A stretch of DNA of 64,000 nt from the NCBI GenBank assembly GCA_002269645.1, contig NIVC01000983.1:248801-312800 (forward strand). Direction: 5' to 3'. The DNA comes from Macrostomum lignano (Eukaryota). The position numbers and the translations under genes were made by a program. The notes under the pieces are model-generated. The model ran no database searches. It saw only the letters and a program-made list of their open reading frames with translations, and had not been told where the DNA came from. This document shows positions 24,945 to 36,136 of this stretch, piece by piece (position 1 is the stretch's first letter; each line of letters starts with the position of its first letter).

Positions 24945-26460
24945 ATTGGGATCCACGTGTTTAGTGAGTCCTCCCTATTGTGATCCGTGTGTTTAGTGAG
25001 TCCTCCCCGTTGGGATCTGTGTGTTTAGTGAGTCCTCCCCGTTGGGATCTGTGTGTTTAGTGAGTCCTCCCCGTTGGGATCCGTGTGTTTAGTGAGTCCT
25101 CCCCGTTGGGATCTGTGTGTTTAGTGAGTCCTCCCCGTTGGGATCCGTGTGTTTAGTGAGTTCTCCCCGTTGGGATCTGTGTGTTTAGTGAGTCCTCCCC
25201 GTTGGGATCTGTGTGTTTAGTGAGTCCTCCCCGTTGGGATCCGTGTGTTTAGTGAGTCCTCCCCGTTGGGATCTGTGTGTTTAGTGAGTCCTCCCCGTTG
25301 GGATCCGTGTGTTTAGTGAGTCCTCCCCGTTGGGATCTGTGTGTTTAGTGAGTTCTCCCCATTGTGATCTATGTGTTTGGTGAGTCCTCCCCATTGTGAT
25401 CTGTGTTTGGTGAGTCCTCCCCATTGTGATCTGTGTTTGGTGAGTCCTCCCCATTGTGATCTGTGTGTTTAGTGAGTCCTCCCCGTTGGGATCTGTGTGT
25501 TTAGTGAGTTCTCCCCATTGTGATCTATGTGTTTGGTGAGTCCTCCCCATTGTGATCTGTGTTTGGTGAGTCCTCCCCATTGTGATCTGTGTGTTTAGTG
25601 AGTTCTCCCCATTGTGATCTATGTGTTTGGTGAGTCCTCCCCATTGTGATCTGTGTTTGGTGAGTCCTCCCCATTGTGATCTGTGTTTGGTGAGTCCTCC
25701 CCATTGTGATCTGTGTTTAGTGAGTCCTTCCTATTGGAATCCGTGTTTAGTGAGTTCTCCCCATTGTGATCTATGTGTTTGGTGAGTCCTTCCCATTGTG
25801 ATCTGTGTTTGGTGAGTCCTCCCCATTGTGATCTATGTGTTTGGTGAGTCCTCCCCATTGTGATCTGTGTTTAGTGAGTTCTCCCCATTGTGATCTATGT
25901 GTTTGGTGAGTCCTTCCCATTGTGATCTGTGTTTGGTGAGTCCTCCCCATTGTGATCTGTGTTTGGTGAGTCCTCCCCATTGTGATCCGTGTTTAGTGAG
26001 TCCTCCACATTGTGATCTGTGTTTAGTGAGTCCTCCCCATTGTGATCTGTGTTTAGTGAGTCCTCCACATTGTGATCTGTGTTTAGTGAGTCCTTCCCAT
26101 TGTGATCTGTGTTTGGTGAGTCCTCCCCATTGTGATCTGTGTTTGGTGAGTCCTCCACATTGTGATCTGTGTTTAGTGAGTCCTCCCCATTGTGATCTGT
26201 GTTTGGTGAGTCCTCCCCATTGTGATCTGTGTGTTTAGTGAGTCCTCCCCATTGTAATCTGTGTTTGGTGAGTCCTCCCCATTGTGATCTGTGTGTTTGG
26301 TGAGTCCTCCCCATTGTGATCTGTGTTTAGTGAGTCCTCCCCATTGTGATCTGTGTGTTTGGTGAGTCCTCCCCATTGTGATCTGTGTTTAGTGAGTCCT
26401 CCCCATTGTGATCTGTGTTTGGTGAGTCCTCCCCATTGTGATCTATGTGTTTGGTGAGTC
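24945..26460. repeat. 30-32-bp minisatellite (TTAGTGAGTCCTCCCCATTGTGATCTGTGT) between SUGT1 and HIBCH
   Basis: About 48 units in two variant blocks (CCGTTGGGAT, then CCATTGTGAT). Confidence 0.95.
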
Positions 26461-26683
26461 CTCGTTGTTGGGATCCTGAATCTTCATTGCGATTATTGTG
26501 TTTGGACTTTATAGTCATCTTTAGTCTTTATGCCTATAGACATAATTTTTATGTTTAGACTGTCTAAAGCCCTTGCCCAGCATAATGTAAAACGATGCGT
26601 TCCCCGAGAATTTCTGCTGCTACTTATAGAAGTAGTATCAGTAGTTATAATTAACTATCGCCCACCACGCCACACTAAAGCAG

Positions 26684-29600
26684 CGCTCTTTATTGAGTCG
26701 CCCATCGGCCATCCGCCGCTGCCGCGCCCTCCAGATGACGTCGGGCTCGACTCCTGCCAGTCCTGCGGCCGAGTCTCCGCCACCTGTGCTAATTAGTCGC
26801 CAAGGCCGGGCCGGCTTAATCCAGCTGAATCGACCGCGCGCACTGAACGCTCTCACCTTGCCAATGCTGACTGAGACCCTGCAGGCGCTGCACCGTTGGC
26901 AGTCAGGCCGGTGCAGACCAGATGCTGTTGATCTCATTATCATTAAGGTGTGCGGTTGGCTTTCAATTTCAATTTGATTTTTGAAGCATTGTAAAATGCG
27001 CAAACTTAACTTCTGAATATAATTACTTTCTATTCTAGATCGCAGGCAAACTAACTGAAATCAACCGTTACTCCTATTATGCATATTGCAACCATTTAAC
27101 TACTAACCCTTCAAGTCCTAACCGTTTAACTCCCAACCCTTCACCTACCAAGTCTTCAATTTGCAAACCTTCAAATCCCAACCCTTCAATTCACAACCCT
27201 TCAATTCACAACCCTACAAATTCCAACCCTTCAAATTCCAACCCTTCAAATTCCAACCCTTCAATTCACAACCCTACAAATCCCAACCCTACAAATCCTA
27301 ACCCTTCAAATCCCAACCCTACAAATCCCAACCCTTCTTTCACGACCCTTTAAATCCCAACCATTAATTTCACAACCCTTCAAATCCCAACCATTAATTT
27401 CACAACCCTTCAAATCCCAACCATTAATTTCACAACCCTTCAAATCCCAATCCTTCTAATCCCAACCATACAAATCCCAACCCTACAAATCCCAACCCCA
27501 CAAATCCCAACCCTACAAATCCCAACCCTACGAATCCCAATCCTAAAAATCCCAACCCTTCATTTCACAACCCTTCACTACCCAACCCTTCAAATCCCAA
27601 CTCTACAAATCCCGACTTTTAATTTCACAACCCTTCACATCCCGACCCTTCAAATCCCAACCCTTCACATCCCGACCCTTCAAATCCCAACCCTTCACAT
27701 CCCAACCCTTCAAATCCCAACTCTACAAATCCCGACCCTTCATTTCACAACCCTTCAGTACCCAGCCTTTTCGCTCCAAACCATTCAACTCTAAACCCTT
27801 CAAATCCCAACCCTTTGTCTCGTAAACCTTCAACTCCTAACCCTCCAAGTAAACGGTAAAGTAGGAAACAGCAAAGTAGTAGTCGTTTACTTTGTAAAGT
27901 AAACAGCCAATGCAAGTCCTCTCTCCACACTAAAAACTGCTCACAGGGTTGCACTCGCTCGGGTTCAACCCGCCGCCCCGTGTTCTGCGCCGGCGGCGAC
28001 GTCCGAGCCGTGGCCGCGGCAGCTCGGCTCAGCCGCAGTCGCCGCCGTCAGCTCCACCTCGCTACTGCTGGCCTCGACCAACAAGTTGACAACAACTGCG
28101 GCAGCAATCCTAGTGAGTTTTTCCGAGTGGAATTCCAGCTGAATCATGCCATCGGGTTGTCGGCGTTGAACTTGTCGCAGTTGCCGCCGGGTTGGTCGCC
28201 GTATCAACCGTTTGTAGCTCTGATGGATGGCATTGTGATGGGCGGCGGCGCCGGCGTGTCCGTGAGTGTCGTGAAGGTTGTTTTGCATGTCTAAACCACA
28301 GATACTAGAATAACAAATGGGCCACTCAGGCATGTACACTTGGCAAAACAGCTTTCTACTTTCAGTTCAGTAGCAAATAAGAATACATAAGCTATTATAT
28401 AAGAATATAAGGCAGCTGAAATGACTTTGATAAATTTAGAAGCCCAAGCTTGCAGACGTTAAAGCTTTGCTAATTGGTTCAGCAATAATGTACATTGGCC
28501 AGTCTACTGAAATGTACATGCCAGATTTAGGCTGGAACAACCGAGGAGGACAATAAAAATTGGGTGATGGGGAAAGTGTGGAGGTTCTGTTGGGAGTTGA
28601 AGGTTTACGCTTGTAGGTGGGGTAAGAGCCAGTAAATAAGCCTTGTTTTTATAAATACATTAAAATGCTTTAGTTTAACTTGCTACTGAACTGAAAGTAG
28701 CTGGCACGCTAATGTGCTGAGTGGCCCATCTGGTTATTTTAGTACGGTATCTGTGGTCTGGACTGAGTTGCTGATTAAGGATACGGAATCTAGATACGTA
28801 TTCGTGGCCTATTATAGTATATTAATAGCCTCAGCAGTGCCGAAATTGGTCACACAAGCTTCGGAGAAACAAGGGTTGCCAAAATATAAATCCAAAAGCT
28901 CTTACGAGCTAGTAGCCTTACAAAGACGTATAAAAATATCTTTGACTTCCACTGATGAAAGAAAGAAAAAAGATGTTTCAAAGCAGAAATATTCATTTAG
29001 TGTGTAACGCCCGAGACAGGCATCTGGTAATCGGGACTGCTCATTCGATTAACGAACCAGAATGGGCCGTATTAAATTAGCTGTTATGGCTACTCGTACA
29101 ATAGTAGTATGAGTGGTTTCACGAGTGAGGCTGTACAATATTATAGGGATCTGAAGCCTTAGTCTCAGGCCTCAGTCTCCGGTGAGGTGGGGGTCCCTTT
29201 AAAACTTGTTTATTTTGATTATTCATTCCTATTTATAACTTGATTAACATTGGCAGGTGAACGGCAGCCACCGCGTAGCAACCGAGCACACCCTATTCGC
29301 TATGCCCGAAGCCGCCATCGGCTTTTTTCCTGACGTTGGCGGCGGTCATTTTCTTGGCCGACTGCCCGGTGAGCTGGGCACCTTTCTGGCTCTGACCGGC
29401 CACCGATTAGCTGGCCGAGATGTCCGCGCCTGCGGCATTGCTACGCATTTTGTCCGGTCGGACCTGCTGTCGGAGCTGGAGGACCGGCTCTGCCACGGCT
29501 GCTGGCCTTCAGGATCGGGTAGGTCTCTTGTTCATGATCGATTTGTAGGATTCTAATCCCTAAGATTGGATCCTAATTCTTCCCGCAGGCCCAGATTCGC

Positions 29601-30252
29601 ATTCCAGAGTTTCGGCCATCCTTGACGAGTTCGAATCTCGCAGCAGCGACAGCGGCTCAAGGTCGTCATCAAGTGCTCGGGACTCCGCCGCAGGCTGGTC
29701 CCTGTCGCCGCACCTGGCTGAAATCGACGCTCATTTTAGTCGCTGTAGCGTGTCGGAAATCTTGTCCAGCCTCGCAGCTGCCGCTCCATCGTCGCAGTTC
29801 GCCGCCAATCAGCTGTCAGCCATGCGGGCCGCGTCGCCGACCTCTCTGGCGGTCAGCCTGCGCCAGATTCGGCGTTGCCGGCGCTTAGGCGACAGTCTGG
29901 CTCGGGTGCTGCGGCTGGAGTACCGGCTAGCTGTTCGGCTGGTTGACGGCAATGAACAAGACGGCGAGGGCGACGGCGACTCTGGCGACTTTCTTGAAGG
30001 TGTTCGCGCCGCTCTGGATGACAAAGGCCGCGGCCAACCGCCTAAATGGCGCCCGGCCAGCGTGGCCGAGATAACGGAAGCTCAACTGGAGAAATACTTT
30101 CGGCCGTTGCCGCCCGGACAGGAGTTGACGTTCGCTTTGCCTAGCGACGGCTTATGCGGCGGCGATGCATTGGAGATTGACGCTGATTGCGACATCGCTC
30201 CTGCAGAGCAGCAGCTGCTGGGCGATGGTCGTGGAGCTGATGGTGGCCGGTT

Positions 30253-30256
<4 letters not shown>
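26684..30256 (+). CDS. HIBCH: 3-hydroxyisobutyryl-CoA hydrolase, mitochondrial; exons ~26684(or 26735)-26947, 27947-28261, 29257-29518, 29589-30256
   Basis: [69 protein letters not shown] and PPKWRP motifs, with in-frame splice sites. The 5' end is uncertain. Confidence 0.93.
27110..27845. repeat. ~15-bp C-rich minisatellite (AAATCCCAACCCTTC) in HIBCH intron 1
   Basis: Tandem array with AACCCT cores. Confidence 0.9.
28297..28755. mobile_element. MITE with CACAGATA...TATCTGTG termini (P-like) in HIBCH intron 2
   Basis: TIR of ~40 bp, TSD GTCTAAAC/GTCTGGAC (6/8), and an inverted homolog at 57800-58245. Confidence 0.75.
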
Positions 30257-30333
<77 letters not shown>

Positions 30334-30355
30334 TAGATAGATAGATAAACAGACA
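30255..30355. repeat. (ACAG)n/(ATAG)n microsatellite starting at the HIBCH stop codon
   Basis: Visible perfect tetranucleotide run. Confidence 0.97.
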
Positions 30356-30829
30356 GGCACAGGTACTTAGAAGTCCTCTGTGTGTCTACATCAAGGTCTC
30401 GTGTGTACGAATATACCATTCCATTGTTTGAATCATATTCCATATTTTAATTGTCGGTGCTACAAAGTCGATAGCAACAAAAATTAGGAGCCGATGATTT
30501 TTCTCTGTTTTACTATCTGCAGCGCAGATTATACCCTTGAGCTGCATTACTCTATTCGTCATCAATGATTTGCCTGTTTTGTTGCTTCCTGTGATGTGTT
30601 GTAATTTTGCTCTTTTGAGACAGTTTTAATAAATTACTTTTGTTTTGTAATAGTAACAATGTAACTATTATTGACATTATTGCATTTTTGTGCTTTATAT
30701 AGGGGGTTACTGTTTTCACAAATATTTGTTATAATTTATACATTTATATTTTTAATCTAATTTTAATTTATAATGGTTCCTAGTATGGACCAAAAATTCT
30801 TAGAATTGCCCCAAAGCTGCTCTTCCTCT

Positions 30830-31095
30830 AAGCCGCTCTTAGAATCACCCTTAAGCCGCTCTTAGAATCGCCCCTAAGCCTTTCCTAGAATCGCCCCTAA
30901 GCCGTTCTTAGAATCGCCCCTAAGCCGTTCTTAGAATCGCCCCTAAGCCGTTCCTAGAATCGCCCCTAAGCCTTTCCTAGAATCGCCCCTAAGCCGTTCC
31001 TAGGATCGCCCCTAAGCCGTTCCTAGAATCGCCCCTGAGCCGTTCTTAGAATCGCCCCTGAGCCGTTCTTAGAATCGCCCTTAAGCCGCTCCTAG
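30830..31095. repeat. 23-bp minisatellite (CCGTTCTTAGAATCGCCCCTAAG) immediately upstream of MRPL22
   Basis: About 11 units ending ~50 bp before the ATG. Confidence 0.92.
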
Positions 31096-31144
31096 CCATC
31101 CGTAGATCAGTCGGCCCCAACTCGCCACTACAGCCGCGTCCGCC

Positions 31145-33452
31145 ATGCTGCTCTGTTCGCTGCTCTCCCGTCTGTCGTTTTCCACCGCCGCTGGCCGCCG
31201 CAGCCTTTGCACAGCCTTCCGCTCCCATCGTTTCGAGACGCAGGCCCCGGCCGACAAGCAAACAGTCGACGACATCGACGTTGACGGCTACGATCTGAGC
31301 CTGTCCGGCGAAGTCAACGGCGACATGCCCACCGGGCGGATGCAGCAGCGAATTCTCACTGGCGAACTGCTACATCACTCGCGCGACGGCGTCGCAAAAA
31401 AGTTGGGCGGCTCGGCTGGACCGACAGGCGACTACGAGGCGTCTTACCATGTCCGGCTGCCGCGGCGTGCGCGAGTACGAGCTGCCCCGCACAGTGGCCA
31501 GCGATTTCCTGCGCTTCAACACCGTCGTTTATCCGCCACAAATCGGCGAGGACAGCGACGAGGAGCGTCGGCCTGCCGAGACCTGCGTAGAGGTTGGCAA
31601 GATTGCCATCGATCGCAAAGCGCTGCTTCTGTTTTGCATTGCTGTCCAGGTGAGTTTGCTTGGATTCTTCTTGCAATCTTTGCAATAATCCGAATCGATT
31701 TCTTATAAAGTGCATTTAAAAAACTTAATTAAGCGCCCCATAACCAGTGGTGGTTGAGGCAATTCTGCCCCTTTTCCGCAACTCCTTAGCACATACAAGC
31801 GCTCTCACAGGGGGTGTACAGCAGCCATTGGACTTTCTAATCGATTAGGCATGTACACTCCCTGGGCCAATAACGTTCCTGACATAGTGATGTCAGAAAT
31901 CACACCGTCTCCTCCAAAATCACTTCGAATTCTTGAAGCAAATTAGAAACACTAGACTAGAAATGCTATTGAATTCACTCTCTGGTTGAATTCCTAGATA
32001 CGAACTTATATGCATCTATTTCCTAGAAACGCCAGAAACTTCTACAAAAAAGCATTAAATTTTTATAAGCAATCATCGATTTCCTAGAAAAAAGACATTG
32101 AATTCCTAGAAACACATTGAATTCTTAGAAAAGCTTCCATTTCCTGGAAACAACGACTTACGGACGTTTCCCCTCCGGCGATTCCCCCTTGAGGAGTGAG
32201 GACAGACCCTTTCCAGCGCTTCCCCTCCGGCGTTTCCCCTCGAAATGAAAATTGACATGAAAGTGGAAGTGGCTGTATGGCTGTGAGTGGCTGCTGTGAC
32301 AAACTGTAAAAATCATGACAAATTTATCATAACTTACGACGTAACAAGCAATAATCGAACAAATTGCGAAGAAAAGTTCGTTCAGTTGTTTTGGTTCCAC
32401 AGTTGGTTTAGGCGCCGTAAGAATAGGCAAACCGCACAGGTAGGTGAGCAGTGGATGATCCGAGTCCTCCACTGCCAAACTCCAGCCAGGTGTGCCTTCC
32501 GCATCTTGCGCCGGGCGGTCGGCGCTGCACCAGCCTGCAGGCCGTTGATCAAACCGGAAGCGCCGGAGGAGAAGTGACGAAGGTCCTCAAGGCGAATCGC
32601 CGGAGGGGAAGCACCGGAGGGAAAACGCCGGAGGGGAAGCACCGGAGGGGAAGCACCGGAGGGAAAACGCCGAGGGAAAACGCCGGAGGGGAAGCACCGG
32701 AGGGAAGCACCGGAGGGAAAACGCCGGAGGGAAGCACCGGAGGGGAAGCACCGGAGGGGAAGCACCGGAGGGAAAACGCCGGAGGGGAAGCACCGGAGGG
32801 GAAGCACCGGAGGGAAAACGCCGGAGGGGAAGCACCGGAGGGAAAACGCCGGAGGGGAAGCACCGGAGAAGCACCGGAGGGGAAGCACCGGAGGGAAAAC
32901 GCCGGAGGGGAAGCACCGGAGGGGAAATGTCCGGTAGCCGGAAACATCAATTTCCTAGAAGCAGCATAGTTTTTTATACCCAGCGCTTATCCTAGAACTG
33001 CAGACTCTCATTGCCGGAACTCCTTGTAGGGCATGTCTGTGCAGCCGGCGCTGAACAAGCTCCGCCTGCTGTCCGAGCGGCCCGACGGCAAGCGAATCTG
33101 GCGCAAATTCGGCCATCTGGCGCCGCTGTGCCTGACGCAGGCCATCGAGGCCGGGGTTCGCCAGATGACCTACGAAGAGTCTGTAGAATTCGAATCGGAA
33201 ATGTGGATCGAATCGGCCCGGGTTAGTCGGGACGGCAGCTACACTGTGTTGCGCAAGAACGCCCGTTGGAATATGCTGCCACTACAAGCGGCCTACAGCA
33301 AGCTGCAGGTTCGAATTCGCGAGGGCAAGCCGCCGAAGTACTATCATCCGCATACGCTGCCCAGCCAGATAAATGGCTGGCTGCCCAATGCCGAGATTAT
33401 GCAGAGCGAAATCGACCGGCTGCGAGCTTTGCGAATCTATCGGCAGATGTAA
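31145..33452 (+). CDS. MRPL22: Mitochondrial ribosomal protein uL22m; exons 31145-31649 (apparent +1 frameshift near 31450-31470) and 33030-33452
   Basis: An Arg/Ser/Leu-rich presequence, then NTVVYPPQ...RRPAE and GMSV..AL, then IESA.V...REGKPP, aligning by recall to MRPL22 motifs. Splice sites are CAG|GTGAGT and TTGTAG|GGC. Confidence 0.75.
32161..32933. mobile_element. Foldback MITE-like element whose subterminal 14-15-bp repeat (CCGGAGGGGAAGCA/CCGGAGGGAAAACG) is amplified into an array at ~32590-32925
   Basis: TIR CGGACGTTTCCCCTCCGG versus CCGGAGGGGAAATGTCCG; flanks TA and (G)TA; 2-3 inverted units at the left end. Confidence 0.65.
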
Positions 33453-33669
33453 ACATTTAGCGACTGTGCCTGGCTTGTTTGAGCAAATATGTTTAAGTAA
33501 ATACAAGTAAATAAATGCAACTCATTTCTTGTTGGCCATTGCGCGCGGCACTTTTTAAAACTATCAGTGTTGCTTGCATTTTCTAAAATTAAAATCATCT
33601 TTTATTTAATGTCTTTTCTGGGCTTTTTTCTTTTGGATTCGCACAAATTTTAGGTCTTAAAATTTGCAG

Positions 33670-34350
33670 TTTGCGGTCTCAATCCTCAGGGATCGTTCAG
33701 TGATTTTGCATCCTCAATCCTCAGGAATCATTCAGTGAGGTTGCGGTCTCAATCCTCAGAGATCATTCAGTGTCAGTGAGTTTGCGGTCTCAATCCTCAG
33801 AGATCATTCAGTGTCAGTGAGTTTCCGGTCTCAATCCTCAGGGATCATTCAGTGAGTTTGCGGTCTCAATCCTCAGGGATCATAAGTGAGCTTGCGGTCT
33901 CAATCCTCGGGGATCATTCAGTGAGTTTTGGTCTCAATCCTCAGGGATCATTCGGTGAGATTGCGGTCTCAATCCTCAGGGATCATTCAGTGAGTTTTGC
34001 GTCTCAATCCTCAGGATCATCATTCAGTGAGTTTTGGTCTCAATCCTCAGGATCATTCAGTGTCAGTTTGGTCTCAATCCTCAGGGATCATTCAGTGTCA
34101 GTGAGTTTGCGGTCTCAATCCTCAGGGATCATTCAGTGAGTTTGCGGTCTCAATCCTCAGGGATCATAAGTGAGCTTGCGGTCTCAATCCTCGGGGATCA
34201 TTCAGTGAGTTTTGGTCTCAATCCTCAGGGATCATTCGGTGAGATTGCGGTCTCAATCCTCAGGGATCATTCAGTGAGATTGCGGTTTCAATCCTCAAGG
34301 AATCATTCAGTGAGATTGCAGTTTCAATCCTCAAGGATCATTCGGTGAAT
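33670..34350. repeat. ~35-41-bp minisatellite (GCGGTCTCAATCCTCAGGGATCATTCAGTGAGTTT)
   Basis: About 18 units downstream of MRPL22. Confidence 0.92.
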
Positions 34351-34884
34351 TTTTCAGCCATTCTTATATCCATGGTCGGACTACTCACACGCACGACTGC
34401 ACTCTGTTACACTTCAGCAGAAATGTAATATCTTCTGCATTTCTGCTTTTAAGCGTTGAGGCCATTGAGCGTAACAAAATTGCGAACAGAACTTTAAGTA
34501 TTCTTTCTTTCACAGCTATTGAAATTCAAAACCCCCACAGTTCTTGAAGTGGAAACTTGAGCCGGCAATGCAGGGGTGGGGTTCTCAGAGAGTGACTCAG
34601 CTGGGGAAACCGCTGAGTGGGGGGGGGGCTCTGCCGTCCTCTGTAAAGCGGCGCAACGATCGTGACAGAGCGTTTGCATGCGCCAGTTGGCGTTACGTTG
34701 CGTACTGACATGCTGTTTACACTACCCCACCGCCCTACTCTGGAACAGGATTTTGATCCAAGGATCTTTAGAATTTTGCATTTTTGCCATTTGGTATGGA
34801 AGCCAAATCGCATGAAACTTCATAGCTCGACAACAACAACAACAACAACGCAACGCAGGCAGTTACATACCGACGGGTTCGAGC

Positions 34885-35249
34885 CAAGGACCACTGTTAC
34901 TGTAGTATAACAGGACGGTAAACTCAATGATAATGTGATTTTTAGGCCAATTTCTCTGTAAAAAATACACCGCGGAAATAAAAATAATCGTTGTCTCATC
35001 ACAAAATTAATGATTCGATTTCATCTGAGGCAGCAAAGATTACCATTCTTTTAATTTCGCATGCACAACATTTTACTCTGTTGTAGCTGTGTTGTTATAT
35101 AGCTCTGTAGTGAAATTTTTATTTCCAATGATGTTTCCTATCTCCTCTGTATTTTTCTAGGAAATTGACCTCCAAAAATTATACCATCTATAATATATAC
35201 CATCTTTCAGTTTTTACGAGCTACGTCCTGTTATACTACTTGGTCCTTG
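34885..35249. mobile_element. P-type MITE with CAAGGAC termini
   Basis: CAAGGACC...GTAGTATAACAGGACG versus CGTCCTGTTATACTAC...GGTCCTTG, with a perfect 8-bp TSD GTTCGAGC. Confidence 0.85.
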
Positions 35250-36136
35250 GTTCGAGCCTGGGCCGCAAATAGAATTCGGCTAGGTCATAACTTAAACTCG
35301 AATATGTGAAATTTGGATCGGAGGCCGGAGCTTGTGAAAGCGAGCCACGATACCTCAGGTTATTTTAACCGATGCTTAATATCCGTGCTGTCATAATGAA
35401 ACCAATTCCGAGTGGGCACATTTGTCGAAACTCTAATCCGAATGCTAGCTTCAGGAAGTCCTTGGCCGGTTCCGCATGCTTGCACACAGAGCTATTGCAG
35501 GACCGGAGCTTCTGGAGCACCAACCTGTCCTGCCCCCCATACGCAGCTATGCGCAATGGATTTAGTGAGTAAAAACCGTGACGCAGCATTGGAAACTCTC
35601 CCTCTCTCTCAGCTATGCAATGGCTAGCTAGTTTGAAAAATTAAAGTTAGAAACAACTGTCCGTTCCCCGAACCGCTCCTACTCCCCTCTCTCAACTTGC
35701 GAGCTGTGATCTCCGCGCCTGAAACCATACCCCGCGGCTGAAGTATCAGCCCTGCCGCAATGCATTTCTCCCCGACTCTGTTATGCATGCAGCGCCGCGA
35801 TCTTTTTAACTGCGCTCAGCTGAGGAGAATTTCCACGTTGTATAATCGACCCGGATGCAAAAAAACAGCCCACCCCCTGCACCTACACCCGGCCGGCTTC
35901 TTTCTCCCCTTCCTTCTCCCCCAACAACAGTTGTGAGCTATTGTTCTCCCCTCCAGGGCTGTTTTACTATACGCGGTGCGTATTAAAAAACTTCGAGAGT
36001 CGCGTATTTAGTGACACGTCATCTTAATCGTATACCCTCCGATAGTATAAGAGGACCTTTGAAGCTTGCATTTAGAGGACCCAACGTCATCCCGTTAAAG
36101 GAGTTTGTATTTTCATAATTCCTAAGTCAACAAATC

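Noticed and set aside
24945-26460. CRISPR-like appearance of ~30-bp repeats
   Set aside because: The units are head-to-tail with no unique spacers, there are no cas genes, and the context is eukaryotic.
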